From assembly GCA_963765675.1 (NCBI GenBank), contig CAVXXK010000001.1:1-64000 (forward strand): a stretch of 64,000 nucleotides of DNA, given 5' to 3'. Source of the stretch: an uncultured delta proteobacterium (GTDB lineage Bacteria > Desulfobacterota > Binatia > Binatales > Binataceae). The notes under the pieces are model-generated. The model saw only the letters and a program-made list of their open reading frames with translations, had not been told where the DNA came from and searched no databases. Numbering within the stretch: the first letter of the stretch is position 1; the number at the start of each line of letters is the position of its first letter. The position numbers and the translations under genes were made by a program. This document shows, in pieces, positions 9,801 to 19,548 of this stretch.

Positions 9801-11279
9801 GTGGCGAACGGCGCCAGCCAGATTGGTGGCGTGGACAGCATAACGGTCTATCCCGCTGCCAGTAATGGCAACGCCCAGCCTAGCGCCACCATTTCCGGCA
9901 CCAGCACCGGGCTCGCCGTGCCTTACGGTATCGCTTTGGATTCCAATGGGAACATATACGTTGCGAACGACGGCAGCACGATTGGAGTTAGCGATAGCGT
10001 CACCGTCTATGCTCCCGGCAGCAGCGGCAATGTTGCGCCTAATAGCACTATCTCGGGGTCCAGCACCGGGCTCGATTCGCCCGGAGGCATCGCGATCGAC
10101 GCTGGTGGAAACCTCTACGTGACGAACGACGGCAGTACCTACGGAGGTGCAGATAGCGTCACCGTCTATGCTCCCGGCAGCAATGGCAACGCCGTACCAA
10201 GCACCACTCTGTTTGCCCTCGGCCTCGATACACCCTTCGGCATAACTGTCGATCCTAGCGGAAACCTCTATGTGGCAAACGACGGCAGCACCGACGGAGA
10301 CGTCGGCACGATCACGATCTATCCGCCCGGCAATACATTGCCGAGCGCAACCATAGGTCCTGACACCGGGCTTGATGAACCTTCCGGGATTACGGTTGAT
10401 CCCAGTGGCAACATTTACGTGACAAACCAAGGGAGCATTTCCGGAACCCTGGACAGCGTCACCGTCTACGCGCCGGAAAGCTACGCCAATTTGGCTCCCA
10501 GCGCTTCCATAGTTGGTACTGACACGGCCCTGGCGCTACCTTCTGGAATAGCTATGGATTTGAGCGGCAATCTTTATGTGGCAAACTCCGCTGGCGGCCC
10601 TGACGGTTTGGGGAGCATCACGGTCTATCCAGCCGGCAGCAACGGCAACGTCGCGCCAAGCGCCGCAATCAGCGGCGGAAGCAGCAGTGACAATACCGGC
10701 TTTAATTTTCCAAGTGGCATCGCACTGGATGCAAACGGGAATCTTTATGTGGCTAACGTTAATGGCGGGCCTGACGGCGTCGGCAGCATCACGATCTATG
10801 CTCCACGTACCAGCGGAAACATTACTCCGATCGCCACTATAAGTGACGACCCGAGCTGCGCTCCTTGCGACAATACCGGACTCAGTCTGCCCTACGGCGT
10901 CGCGCTTGATCCCAGCGGAAATATCTATGTAGTGAATTCCGCAGGCGGACCCGACGGCCTCGGCAGCGTCACAGTCTATGCACCGGTTGGGAACGGCACC
11001 GGCATACTTAACGAGACGCCCAGCGTCACGATCAGCGGGAGCAACATCGGCGATGATGTCACCGGTTTCGATAACCCCAGCGGCATAGCGCTCGATCCAA
11101 ACGCGAACATTTATGTAACGAACGACGGAAGCTCGGCCGGCGGAACCGACAGTATCACTGTCTATTCGACCGGAAGCAGCGGCAACGTGGCGCCCGTCGC
11201 CACCATCGCTGGATTCAGCACTGGACTCGGCGCCCCGCAAGGAATCGCGATCGGTCCGACTGGAGGAGGATCACCATGA
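6849..11279 (+). CDS. Large secreted protein: Thr/Pro linker, PQQ-like beta-propeller, central domain, NHL-type beta-propeller repeats
   Basis: GGGAGG RBS; hydrophobic signal; TPT repeats; repeated [22 protein letters not shown]; repeated PxGIALDxxGNLYVAN. Confidence 0.85.
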   Translation: MIDNFGEVARKRFGKGAKLDKSFPSSNFLRHFQTLFVAGGVLILSALAGSSTSAAAKTPTPTKTPTATATKTATPTKTATPTKTKTATPTKTATPTKTPTPTKTTTSTPTKTVTASPTATATATQTATITATPTSTVTATATPTPTVTATQTTTQTATPTATPTATPTSTPTATATATPTVTATPVWPMFLHDLTHTGQSTVNTSASNATAKWQLSTGDVFAFSSPANSSPAIGADRTIYVGSNDDHLYAINPDGSQKWVFTTGNAVYSSPAIGSDGTIYVGSDDDNLYALTDGGQGTVTEKWAFATGGKVDSSPVIGSDGTIYVGSDDDNLYALTDNGTSVIEKWAFATSNEVESSPAIGADGTIYVGSDDDNLYAITDGGQGTVTEKWAFLTGGEVQSSPAIGADGTIYVGSDDGNLYALTDGGLGTVAEKWAFAAGAGLYSSPAVAANGTIYFSSWNNNVVYAINAGGTENWQFTLIGSASYSSPAIGAEGTIYVGDFFGDVVALTDGGTSATQKWFATGGGAPLDSSPAIGADGTIYVGNENGYLYALGSPSPVPDQRAASSIYNSAATANVTLNFPSGVAAYDICIAAFSYSATSLSVSTAPSGWTAIRQDNSGGTNGAVDYLYWYQSLGGGSDPAFTTWTLSGSTNTTYAGWIQCFSRVNTETPIDPNNSTGAGASSASATSLSVPGLSNLAQNYETLILNCVASAGTGANPWSGPGSPYSQLVGAGSDGSGVVSGSSINVIGYGGTARSNAAPAGQTCTQNGTAVAMVGSQIALEPAPAGQTPTPTPTATPTASATATATLTATATSTSTATPAPTTMPSATPTPSSPLALFVTNLATNDVTSYPLGSSGSIAPLVSGTGLSEPFGIARDSSGNLFVANGGFNSVTVDASSANGNSIPIATIGGTNTGLDNPTGITLDPHGNIYVANAGSVNGNPDSVTVYAAGSNGNVTPIAIITGATTGLAYPTAITLDSSGNIYVANGASQIGGVDSITVYPAASNGNAQPSATISGTSTGLAVPYGIALDSNGNIYVANDGSTIGVSDSVTVYAPGSSGNVAPNSTISGSSTGLDSPGGIAIDAGGNLYVTNDGSTYGGADSVTVYAPGSNGNAVPSTTLFALGLDTPFGITVDPSGNLYVANDGSTDGDVGTITIYPPGNTLPSATIGPDTGLDEPSGITVDPSGNIYVTNQGSISGTLDSVTVYAPESYANLAPSASIVGTDTALALPSGIAMDLSGNLYVANSAGGPDGLGSITVYPAGSNGNVAPSAAISGGSSSDNTGFNFPSGIALDANGNLYVANVNGGPDGVGSITIYAPRTSGNITPIATISDDPSCAPCDNTGLSLPYGVALDPSGNIYVVNSAGGPDGLGSVTVYAPVGNGTGILNETPSVTISGSNIGDDVTGFDNPSGIALDPNANIYVTNDGSSAGGTDSITVYSTGSSGNVAPVATIAGFSTGLGAPQGIAIGPTGGGSP
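7020..7400 (+). repeat. Coding tandem repeat (18-bp CCAACCAAGACAGCAACT units, Thr/Pro linker)
   Basis: Repeated TATPTK units seen at DNA and protein level. Confidence 0.8.
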
Positions 11280-11292
11280 GTTGGAGTAGGCC

Positions 11293-14200
11293 ATGATGAG
11301 AACGACGCGCAGGTTATTGGTTGTCGCTTTGTTGTTGCTACCGTCTCTGGGCTTGGGAGCGCAGGCTCAGGATAGTTCGGGGAGTTCACCAGCACCGACT
11401 GCGGCCGCCTCCCCAGCTCAAGGAGGGAATGTTTTGTGGTACGGGAAGGCGCCGCCGGGTTGGGGCGGACTGGTTACCAAAATTAAACTACTCGCTCCCG
11501 GGGTCGGCTGGGCGGAGAGGGGTGGGCGCTTCTATTGGACCACGGATAATGGCGCGAATTGGAAAGATATCACGCCGCCCAGCAGTTCTGGCCTTGAGGA
11601 GCACATCTCTGACTTCTATTTTCTCGATAGCCAAAGGGGTTGGGCGCTCTTCGGTCATTTCAACAAAGACGAAAGCGACGAAGACAAATACAAAGAACCG
11701 GAAATCGATCTGGCCTCAACTAACGACGCGGGAGCAACTTGGACGAGAATGCAGTCGACGCTTCCGTCCCCGGCAGACTACGGGAATCCCGAACGGGCGC
11801 CTCTCAGAGGTTGGGGCGGGACCATCGCCTTCCTGGATTCGATGCATGGCTGGATGAACATCACTCTGGCGAAACAAGGAATGAACACCTTTTTTTCGTG
11901 CTTTCTGGCGACCTCAGATGGCGGCCGGACTTGGAGCCAGGTGCCAAGCGCTCCCACCTTGGCCGATGCCGATATGCTTCTTGTTACACCTAGCGATGGT
12001 TGGATGATTGGCGCTAGCCAACTCGGTGGCAAAGAACTTTTTGTCACCCACGATGGAACGAAAAGCTGGCACCAGGTGCTGGTCGAAACGCCGAAAGAGG
12101 TATTGCCGGCAAAATTGGCAACGTATTCTTGGCTTCCGATTTTCGAAGACAGCAAGCATGGCCTTCTGGAAGTGAGCTACACCGGAGGAGTTGGTGTAAA
12201 CCCGGCGGAGGTGCTGTTCTCTACGGGCGATGGAGGCCGAACTTGGAATCTCGACCGGATGGTGAAAAGTAAGTACAATTCTCAAGGATACGGCAGCGCT
12301 ACAGTGGTGGACTCCGCTTGGGTGTGGGTCAGAATGCGGGATTCTGGCCCTAAGCTCACCGTGATCAGCAAGGGTACGCTAATCGATATCAGCGCGGATA
12401 CTGTATCGGATGTCGTGCGTCACAGCGCGGTCGGTCAATTGAGCTTTGCCACTCCAGCGCAGGGTTGGGCGATAGTAGGCGACGGCGAATTGGTTTCAAC
12501 CGCGGATGGCGGCAACACTTGGACCACTCTTACGCCCGGTCCGCAGCCGCATGTGACTGAGCCGCACGGCAGCTTTATTCAGCGTGAATCGTTCGAACGT
12601 TCCGCCGCCCCGACTCCTGAGAATACTCTGGAGACGGGTGGTCCAGTTGGCCCAATTTACAATACCAGCAAGCATCTCGGCTTCGATACTGTTGCAACCG
12701 GCACCACCGCAGTCATGCAAGCTTGGTGGAATTACAGCCCATATCACGACGTGGGCATCTACCTGAGCGGATCCGATAACCATATACCGCAAGATGACCC
12801 CAATCTCGACAACGACGCATGGGTCAACACTGTGACGGCGATGGGTTGGGGCTTGATGCCAATTTGGGTCGGCCTGCAGGCCCCTGCCGGATGTAATAAG
12901 CTTCATGTATCTCGTATTTCCCAGAACCGCAAACTACGTGTTGAGCAAGCAGATACCGAAGCAGTTTCTGCGGAATCCTCTGCTACGACGGCCGGAATTG
13001 GGGAAGGAAATATAATTTACTACGATATGGAAGGATACAACGATTCCGCTGGCTGTAATTCATCTGTAGTTGACTATCTTAAGCTTTGGATCGGTAGAAT
13101 ACACAACGATGGATTCAAGGCTGGCGTATACGTGAGTGGCAGCAACGCGGACATCTTGGCACGGGCGAATCCGGACGCGGTCTACGTGGCGGTAGCAGGG
13201 AAAACAAGCGGTTCTGCACGAGCTAGCATCTGGCAGATCTATAAAAACTTGCATGACTCGCAGTTTCCAAACCACCAGAGAATTCATCAATACAATGACG
13301 GCGATTGCCCTCCTTGCCTTGGCATCCCGAACGTAAAGTGGGGTGGACAATTCATGGTCAATGGCTCCCGTGAGGCCCCGCAACAAATCGACCTAGATAT
13401 AGAAGATGCGCCCGTGGTAGGCGGCGGCGGCACGAAGCCTATTCAGGTCTATGGAGAATATCCGTTCAGTGTTTTTGCGGACTGTACGGCACTGAGCGCG
13501 GTAATACCGGGATTACCTTGCAATGTGGTCGCGTATGGAATCAATAACCCGCAGCTAAATTCGACACCGAACCAGATTATTGGCGATATCGTCGGCGAAA
13601 TCTCTGAGTTCCCCGGCGGCGGTATCTTTCAGCCTTCCAACGACGTGCGAGGTCTGGCGGGGCTTGCAGACGAAAGCGCGAACACGTACCCGTGCACAGA
13701 AAATATTGATCCTTTCACCGGGAATCCCGTCTCATTCAGCTGGGGTTTTGCGACCAGCTATTTACAAAGTGGGCCTTCGCCACCTCCCGCTTTTCTTCCC
13801 GACCCGCCAGCCGCATGCTTTGCTTGGGAGGGTCCGAATTTGGGTTCAACGCTTGCCGCGAGCATCAACAATCTAAACACCATTGTTGGTCAGTACAACC
13901 AAAACACTTCATACGCTGGCTGCGAGATGCCAAGTGGAAGCGATTCATCGGGCTGCCCATCCGCGAATGCGCAATATGAATATGCGGGAATCAACGATAT
14001 TGGCTGGATTGCCGCCCAGACCGTTCCTGATGCGAATGGTAACACCTCAGCATCCCTCATTGCTGGGACTACGACTGTCAGTCCTCCATCAGGAAGTTTC
14101 GCAGGCGGCATCAATGGTTTCGGACAAATGGTATATACCGATGATTCGGGACTGCCTTGGGTTTTCGACTACAACGGCAACAATTCTCCTAGCTCGGTTT

Positions 14201-14472
14201 CGATGCAGGTTAATGTCGTAGGAATCAATAACAATAATGAAGCGGTGGCTGTTGACGGGAACGATAACATTGTCGTCATCCAGGACGCTGACACGGCAAC
14301 AGGTCCTGCAGGCAATGGTGAACCTGTCGGCTGCCCGCAAATGGCGGCGCCTAATGGAATCAACGATTGGGGTCAGATAGTCGGCCTCGCTGTTGTACTT
14401 ACGAACCCCCCTTTTATTGGAAATGGTGAAGTTACTCTTGGCGATGTCTGTATCCCGTTCACCGGGAACTAG
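11293..14472 (+). CDS. Secreted BNR/Asp-box propeller + DUF1906 (Rv2525c-like glycoside hydrolase) + C-terminal GINxxG repeat domain
   Basis: Signal peptide; S/TxDGGxTW Asp-boxes; LGFDT..GIYLSG..GWGLMPIWVGLQAP..IYYDMEGY..AGVY..RIHQY; repeated GINN motifs. Confidence 0.8.
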   Translation: MMRTTRRLLVVALLLLPSLGLGAQAQDSSGSSPAPTAAASPAQGGNVLWYGKAPPGWGGLVTKIKLLAPGVGWAERGGRFYWTTDNGANWKDITPPSSSGLEEHISDFYFLDSQRGWALFGHFNKDESDEDKYKEPEIDLASTNDAGATWTRMQSTLPSPADYGNPERAPLRGWGGTIAFLDSMHGWMNITLAKQGMNTFFSCFLATSDGGRTWSQVPSAPTLADADMLLVTPSDGWMIGASQLGGKELFVTHDGTKSWHQVLVETPKEVLPAKLATYSWLPIFEDSKHGLLEVSYTGGVGVNPAEVLFSTGDGGRTWNLDRMVKSKYNSQGYGSATVVDSAWVWVRMRDSGPKLTVISKGTLIDISADTVSDVVRHSAVGQLSFATPAQGWAIVGDGELVSTADGGNTWTTLTPGPQPHVTEPHGSFIQRESFERSAAPTPENTLETGGPVGPIYNTSKHLGFDTVATGTTAVMQAWWNYSPYHDVGIYLSGSDNHIPQDDPNLDNDAWVNTVTAMGWGLMPIWVGLQAPAGCNKLHVSRISQNRKLRVEQADTEAVSAESSATTAGIGEGNIIYYDMEGYNDSAGCNSSVVDYLKLWIGRIHNDGFKAGVYVSGSNADILARANPDAVYVAVAGKTSGSARASIWQIYKNLHDSQFPNHQRIHQYNDGDCPPCLGIPNVKWGGQFMVNGSREAPQQIDLDIEDAPVVGGGGTKPIQVYGEYPFSVFADCTALSAVIPGLPCNVVAYGINNPQLNSTPNQIIGDIVGEISEFPGGGIFQPSNDVRGLAGLADESANTYPCTENIDPFTGNPVSFSWGFATSYLQSGPSPPPAFLPDPPAACFAWEGPNLGSTLAASINNLNTIVGQYNQNTSYAGCEMPSGSDSSGCPSANAQYEYAGINDIGWIAAQTVPDANGNTSASLIAGTTTVSPPSGSFAGGINGFGQMVYTDDSGLPWVFDYNGNNSPSSVSMQVNVVGINNNNEAVAVDGNDNIVVIQDADTATGPAGNGEPVGCPQMAAPNGINDWGQIVGLAVVLTNPPFIGNGEVTLGDVCIPFTGN

Positions 14473-14530
14473 TAGATGAAAGCGCGGTTGCCTATCCTCG
14501 CTCGGGATTGCCGATAACGGAGATTTGCGG

Positions 14531-15139
14531 ATGATGACAGCAAGAATGACCACTATCGCTGTGGCCTCAGCCGTGTTGCTCACTCTGTCCATTGGTCGCG
14601 CGAATGCCAAATCGGATGCATCATGCGCAGCGATCGCTGCTTCGGTCGTTACACACAAGGGTGACAAGGGCACCGAATGCCAGGCTCAAGTTATTGGCGG
14701 CGGACGGAATAAGGCGATCTCCCATGCTTCGGGGTCCGCCTTGGCGGGCAGTCTGGCGAAAGCCGGCGGAACAGCCACTGCGAGAGCGACCGATGGTGGC
14801 CAAGCAACTTCCGAGGCGAGTGCGGGTAAAACCAGCGCGACCGCGAATGGGCTCAAAGCCAAGGCGATTGCCAAGGTGACGGCTGGCGGCACTGCAAACG
14901 CCGTCGCAAGCGAAGGCGCGCAAGCGGTGGCGATGGCGACAGTGGAATGTCAAGTGCGTGCAACCGCAATTGGCTCCGGCAGTTTTGGTCAAGCAACCTG
15001 CTCGAAGGCCGGCACCGTAGTTACAGTACAAGCGACTAGGGGCTCCACCGCGGAGGGCTCTGACACAAAGGCGCCAACCTGCAAGCGTTTACACGGCGGT
15101 ATCTCTAAGGTTCGCAGCCCCGCTGGAAACTGCGGATAA
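14531..15139 (+). CDS. Secreted Ala/Gly-rich protein with paired cysteines
   Basis: Signal peptide ending ANA; AxAxAxxGG repeats; 6 Cys. Confidence 0.7.
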   Translation: MMTARMTTIAVASAVLLTLSIGRANAKSDASCAAIAASVVTHKGDKGTECQAQVIGGGRNKAISHASGSALAGSLAKAGGTATARATDGGQATSEASAGKTSATANGLKAKAIAKVTAGGTANAVASEGAQAVAMATVECQVRATAIGSGSFGQATCSKAGTVVTVQATRGSTAEGSDTKAPTCKRLHGGISKVRSPAGNCG

Positions 15140-15270
15140 TCACGGTGCCAAGTAACCGTATTCTCAATACACGATACACGGCGAACTACATATGCTATCG
15201 ATTCGACTGACTACCACGTTCTGACCACCAAAGCATTCAGCAGGAGATTGGCGATGCTACGTATTGCACC

Positions 15271-16143
15271 GTGAACGACTTCAATAAAGCGTCAATAGTA
15301 CCTGCATTGGTGATCTGCGCACTCGCTGTCGCGATTGTTACTTCGTCGTCATCCGCAATCGCCGGACAAGCAAGAGAGGGTACGAAGCACGGTCCGATCG
15401 AGCTTCTTCGTGACGAACGCGGCAACCCTCTGCCATCGGTCGCTACTAGACAGCTAACCAGCATGAACTGGTCTGGTTATGTGCTGCCCACTTTTCAGAC
15501 CAAGGAGAAGCATTACACGGTCGCGCAGGCGACCTGGATTTTGCCCGAGGTTTTCTTTGACGGTGTAGAATCGGCGTCGTTGAGCTGGATCGGAATCGGC
15601 GGATTCTGCAAAAACGAAAAATGCAAGCAGGTCGACGAGACCCTGATTCAGCTCGGCACCGAGCAGGACGCCCTGAGCGATTCGGAGACGCAATATTACG
15701 CCTGGTATGAAATGTTGCCGGGAGCTGAAATTCATACCACGCTCGAAGTGAATCCGGGCGACGTCGTAACCGCATCCTTGAGTTGCGCCGGGAAATGCAA
15801 GAAAAAGCAGTCGTGGACACTCTCGATGACGGATGAGACCACAGGCAATAGCTGGAGCCAAGTTGTCACCTACAAGTCCTCGAAACTTTCGGTGGAGTGG
15901 ATTGAAGAGGCCCCAACCGGAGGCGGTGGCATTCTGCCGCTGGCGGATTTTGGCAAGGTAACCTTCAGCCAAGCCACCGCGGATGCGGCCGGCGTTGATC
16001 TATCCAGCGGCGATAGTATTGTGATGAAGAATCCTCACGGCCAGACCTCAAATGTGTCCTCTCCGAACTCGACCGAAGACGGCTTCAGCGCATGCTTCAG
16101 TCCAGACAGCGAATTGGCAACGTGCGTAGACAGCAGTCCCTGA
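15271..16143 (+). CDS. Family G1 glutamic endopeptidase (eqolisin), secreted
   Basis: NWSGY, WIGIGG, LIQLGTEQ (catalytic Q), YAWYE, EWIEEAP (catalytic E), LADFG. Confidence 0.9.
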   Translation: MNDFNKASIVPALVICALAVAIVTSSSSAIAGQAREGTKHGPIELLRDERGNPLPSVATRQLTSMNWSGYVLPTFQTKEKHYTVAQATWILPEVFFDGVESASLSWIGIGGFCKNEKCKQVDETLIQLGTEQDALSDSETQYYAWYEMLPGAEIHTTLEVNPGDVVTASLSCAGKCKKKQSWTLSMTDETTGNSWSQVVTYKSSKLSVEWIEEAPTGGGGILPLADFGKVTFSQATADAAGVDLSSGDSIVMKNPHGQTSNVSSPNSTEDGFSACFSPDSELATCVDSSP

Positions 16144-16216
16144 AGTGCTCTCTAATTCAAATTCCGTGAAGTGTACCCATAGCTCCGGCCTAGATTGCCG
16201 TTAGAGACCAGGTTTG

Positions 16217-16240
16217 AGTTTGAACACCGGTGTTCAAACT
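16217..16240. repeat. Perfect 24-bp palindrome
   Basis: AGTTTGAACACC|GGTGTTCAAACT with no loop. Confidence 0.85.
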
Positions 16241-16972
16241 GACCCGAATGGGCTATTTCCACTCTGGGCAAAATCATTTGAGGTGTTTTCTGATCTCCAG
16301 TGGTTCAGATCCCGTGTTCACACCGATCTCGATGAGACGGGGCTGAATCGTGCGGTCACATTTTTCGGTGAATACGCTCAAAAACCACCATGATCGAGAA
16401 ACCTAGCCGTGCCCGGAGTTCACAGTGTCGCGACTCCCGTCGAGGGCACCATCATTCAACAGTCATCGAGGACTGCCGAGGATTAGTAAGTACCGAACGA
16501 CTCTGTTTGTGCAGGAGGCTTGGCGCTCAAGGGTGTCCTCGCGATCCACTCCTCCTACAAACTTAGGGGCATGTGGTCGGAACCCGACTGTGGGGGATTT
16601 TGTGAGGACCCTCGGTCACATTTGATATCACTCGGTGGCAGCAATCGTCCTTTTCAAAATACGGCAAACCTCTTCGCGCACAATGACTACATGCGTATCA
16701 GGTGATACGGAGCAATACCCATAAAAACCTGCCCTCAACGCCTGTGCGCCGCTATGGCCGCTGGCGTGGCGAATCGGGGCTACGGTCAGTCGAGGAATTG
16801 CTTGAGGCCACCGCGAACGAGAAAAGCGCCACATAAATGCCCGATACGGCAAGCCGAGCAGCATTCGCAAGATCGATCACGCGGGCAATCGGCTCTGGAC
16901 TGTCATCAAGATTCAATTATGCGATGGCTGCTACCGGCCATATATTTCGCAGATGCGACATTCGCTGATTTG

Positions 16973-16995
16973 GAACCGGCACCAGAACCGGCACC
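16973..16995. repeat. Tandem 11-bp direct repeat, candidate integrase arm-type site
   Basis: GAACCGGCACC-A-GAACCGGCACC about 70 bp from the tRNA 3' end. Confidence 0.55.
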
Positions 16996-17063
16996 GGCGA
17001 TAGCGGCAGCGACTGTCTGCGCTTACGCGCTTCTCGTAAGTACCGGTCCGAATTGGGATTTAA

Positions 17064-17140
17064 TGGTTGCGGGGGAAGGATTTGAACCTTCGACCTCCGG
17101 GTTATGAGCCCGGCGAGCTACCAGACTGCTCCACCCCGCC
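17064..17140 (-). tRNA. tRNA-Met (CAT), initiator type
   Basis: GGCGGGGTGGAGCAGTCTGGTAGCTCGCCGGGCTCATAACCCGGAGGTCGAAGGTTCAAATCCTTCCCCCGCAACCA; 1:72 mismatch, A11-U24, three G-C pairs in anticodon stem, encoded CCA. Confidence 0.97.
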
Positions 17141-17204
17141 TGCGCATTGTATTGGGCGCAGCGGAAGCGGGTCAACACGATCGCGGAAGATCTCGCGTGC
17201 GAAG

Positions 17205-17717
17205 TTAGGGCTTCGAATTCAGATCTGCTTTTCCAGTCTCGAGATCCACCGGCACCGACACGTGCTCATGCGCGATCAGCCACTTGCCGTGAATCTTTTT
17301 GTATCCGTCGGTGACGCGAAAGGTCAGGTCCATCGGCGCGCCGCTCGCGCCGGCGCAGCTGAAATGCTGGATGTTGTGGCCGAAACCAAAATCCGCGCCC
17401 GCGTCGATCGCGAGATCGGTCATCTCCATCTTCGGCGCGCTCTTGCATCCGGCGAGCACGCCCTCCCAATCTTTCTTGTATGCGTCCCATCCGGTGTATT
17501 GGCGCGGTGGGAGCAGATCGAACACAACCAGGCTTGAACTGTGCTCGTAGTTCGCCATGATTTTCGCCGAGTCTTTCGCGTTCACCCCGGCGACGAAGTT
17601 TGCTTCGAGCGCTTTTATCGCGGCGACGCTTGCCGGATCTGATTCGGCCGCGCTGGTGATCGAAACAGAAATCGCCACGAACGCGATCGCGATGGCGCAA
17701 ATCGGTAGTTTTCGCAT
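17205..17717 (-). CDS. Secreted SnoaL/NTF2-like family protein
   Basis: Signal peptide; VFDLLPPRQYTGWDAY..RVTDGYKKIHGKWLIAHEHVSVP. Confidence 0.85.
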   Translation of the reverse strand: MRKLPICAIAIAFVAISVSITSAAESDPASVAAIKALEANFVAGVNAKDSAKIMANYEHSSSLVVFDLLPPRQYTGWDAYKKDWEGVLAGCKSAPKMEMTDLAIDAGADFGFGHNIQHFSCAGASGAPMDLTFRVTDGYKKIHGKWLIAHEHVSVPVDLETGKADLNSKP

Positions 17718-17858
17718 TGCTATCGTTCCCCCGTGTCATCTTCGACGCCGCTGCGCTGCGAATCTATTGAGCGCGCGCCGCGCCGTCAAGCCGGAGGTAG
17801 CGATGACAAAGTTCTCAGTTTATCTTCCTACGATCCAGATTCGACGGGAGCATCCTCG

Positions 17859-18755
17859 ATGGCTGAGAAGTGGGACGACAAGTTCGACTATCTGAACGCC
17901 AGCCGCGGGCTTTACCACAACCAGGACTACTGGCAGTTCCTGGTCCGTGACGTATGGCGAATCGACCAGCGTCCGTTGCGCATCGTCGATTTCGGCTGCG
18001 GCTTCGGATGGGCCGGACTCTTCCTGATGCCGATGCTTGCCGCCGGAAGCGAATACAGCGGAATCGATCTGTCCGACGCGCTGATTGAAAAAGCGCGCGC
18101 GCTATTCGCTGCGCTGCCGTACAACGCGAAGTTCGTTCAATGCGATGCTAACCGAGCCTCGTTCAAGGACAACCAGTTCGACGTCGCGATCGCTCACACC
18201 GTGATGATGCATCTGCCGCAGCCGGGCAAAGCGCTGGCCGAGATGATCCGCGTGACGCGCAACAGCGGTTTGGTGATCACCTGCGACGCGAGCCGCAACG
18301 CGATCAACGCTCTGATGCACGTGCATGAAACTGAGGAGCAGGAGCATATCCCGCTCTCATTCTTTCAGGCGATGAACGCGGAGATCAGGCGTCGCACCGG
18401 CGTTGACTACAACATCGGCATGAAGATGCCGGTGCTGATGGATCGCGCCGGTCTGCAAAACGTCCAGGCGCGAATCAGCGACGCGGTCCGCTTGTCATTT
18501 CCTCCGCTGGACACTTCCGAAAAGCAACGCGTGTTCAAAGCAATCTGCGATGACGGCCTCGGCGCGGCTCCCCTCGATGAAAAGAGTTTTGAGGACGCGC
18601 TCGCGGCGCTAACAGCGCGCGGAGCCGCCCAAGACGAGGCCGCTCGCGAGCTACGACGCGAGATGAAAAACGACTACCGGCGTCGTGGCCGCGACTACCA
18701 TATCGTCCAGCCGGGATTGATTACGATCAGCTTCGGGACCGTCTGCAAAACCTGA
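17859..18755 (+). CDS. Class I SAM-dependent methyltransferase
   Basis: IVDFGCGFG motif I, FDVAIAHTVMMHL; GGGAG RBS. Confidence 0.88.
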   Translation: MAEKWDDKFDYLNASRGLYHNQDYWQFLVRDVWRIDQRPLRIVDFGCGFGWAGLFLMPMLAAGSEYSGIDLSDALIEKARALFAALPYNAKFVQCDANRASFKDNQFDVAIAHTVMMHLPQPGKALAEMIRVTRNSGLVITCDASRNAINALMHVHETEEQEHIPLSFFQAMNAEIRRRTGVDYNIGMKMPVLMDRAGLQNVQARISDAVRLSFPPLDTSEKQRVFKAICDDGLGAAPLDEKSFEDALAALTARGAAQDEAARELRREMKNDYRRRGRDYHIVQPGLITISFGTVCKT

Positions 18756-18790
18756 CGTCGCGCCCGGCGCTTCCGCTCCCGCCGCGCGGC

Positions 18791-18970
18791 TCAGCCCGCG
18801 AGGATTCGGATGTTGCAATGGCGATGAATCTTGCCGAACTCGATAACTTCCTTTTCGGCCGGATTCGCGTCCGGCTTCGAGTCGGTCAGCATCAGTTGTT
18901 TCGCAACCGCGCCGTCGATTCCCTCGGCCTCGACGTCCAGGTTGTGATCGTCGCAGATGATGAATGCCAT
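18791..18970 (-). CDS. 59-aa small protein with CxxH...HxxC motif
   Basis: Manual translation MAFIICDDHNLDVEAEGIDGAVAKQLMLTDSKPDANPAEKEVIEFGKIHRHCNIRILAG; AAGGAG RBS; host-like codon use. Confidence 0.7.
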   Translation of the reverse strand: MAFIICDDHNLDVEAEGIDGAVAKQLMLTDSKPDANPAEKEVIEFGKIHRHCNIRILAG

Positions 18971-19087
18971 GTAAGAACGCTCCTTCGAACCCGTGCAGTC
19001 TATCCGAGAGCGCTGGACGTGTCATTATCCCGGCGAATATTAAGCGGCTGGAGATCAGAGGTTCAAGCGGAAATCCATATACACCTT

Positions 19088-19118
19088 TTGACATATATGG
19101 CAAATCTGCCATATATGT
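19088..19118 (+). promoter_or_regulatory. Promoter overlapped by 12-bp perfect inverted repeat operator
   Basis: TTGACA at 19088; ACATATATGGCA-AATC-TGCCATATATGT (19091-19118). Confidence 0.7.
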
Positions 19119-19151
19119 TGATGTGGCCGGAGAAAAGCTCAGACCCATCGT

Positions 19152-19424
19152 ATGGATAAGGAACTCAACATCAAGGCCAATCTCGCCATTGAGATCGGCC
19201 GCATAATTCGGCGGCGCGGCCTCAGCCAGCGTCAGGCGGCATCAATTCTCGGCGTCGATCAGCCACGCATCTCTGCTCTGATTCGCGGGCATCTCGAGAA
19301 ATTCTCGATGGAGAAACTCTTCAACTATCTACGTGCCTTCGGCTGCGACGTGAACATCCGGATTCATCAGGGAAAAAGCCGCACGGCGCGAAGGCTGGGC
19401 AAATTGACGGTGAGCGTTTCCTAG
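19152..19424 (+). CDS. XRE/HigA-like HTH protein (orphan antitoxin-like)
   Basis: GLSQRQAASILGVDQPRISALIRG..FSMEKL. Confidence 0.82.
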   Translation: MDKELNIKANLAIEIGRIIRRRGLSQRQAASILGVDQPRISALIRGHLEKFSMEKLFNYLRAFGCDVNIRIHQGKSRTARRLGKLTVSVS

Positions 19425-19548
19425 TCTTGCGCAGGCAAACTCAACTCGCGTCTGGGACGAGATACATTTTGTGATCCACGCCCTTCACCTATGCGCGCGC
19501 AATTGTGGTAAGCGTCAGGGCGACGCACATGACTAAGGAGCGTTCACG

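Larger units (their letters stand above)
1..17063. mobile_element. Integrative conjugative/mobilizable island (right part) inserted at the 3' end of tRNA-Met; left end and integrase lie outside the window
   Basis: Relaxase, T4CP, pilin, DUF2274 and ImmA/ImmR genes plus lower-GC cargo, ending at the 3' end of a minus-strand tRNA; tandem GAACCGGCACC repeat just inside the boundary. Confidence 0.8.

Noticed and set aside
7020-11279. Periodic DNA repeats as a non-coding array
   Set aside because: Fully explained by coding Thr/Pro linkers and beta-propeller blades.
16754-17537. ORFs 16754-17107 and 17067-17537
   Set aside because: They overlap the tRNA and the opposite-strand SnoaL gene; no protein-like features.
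18818-19206. Plus-strand ORFs as the toxin partner of the HigA-like gene
   Set aside because: No RelE/HigB features; they overlap the better-supported minus-strand 59-aa gene and the operator.
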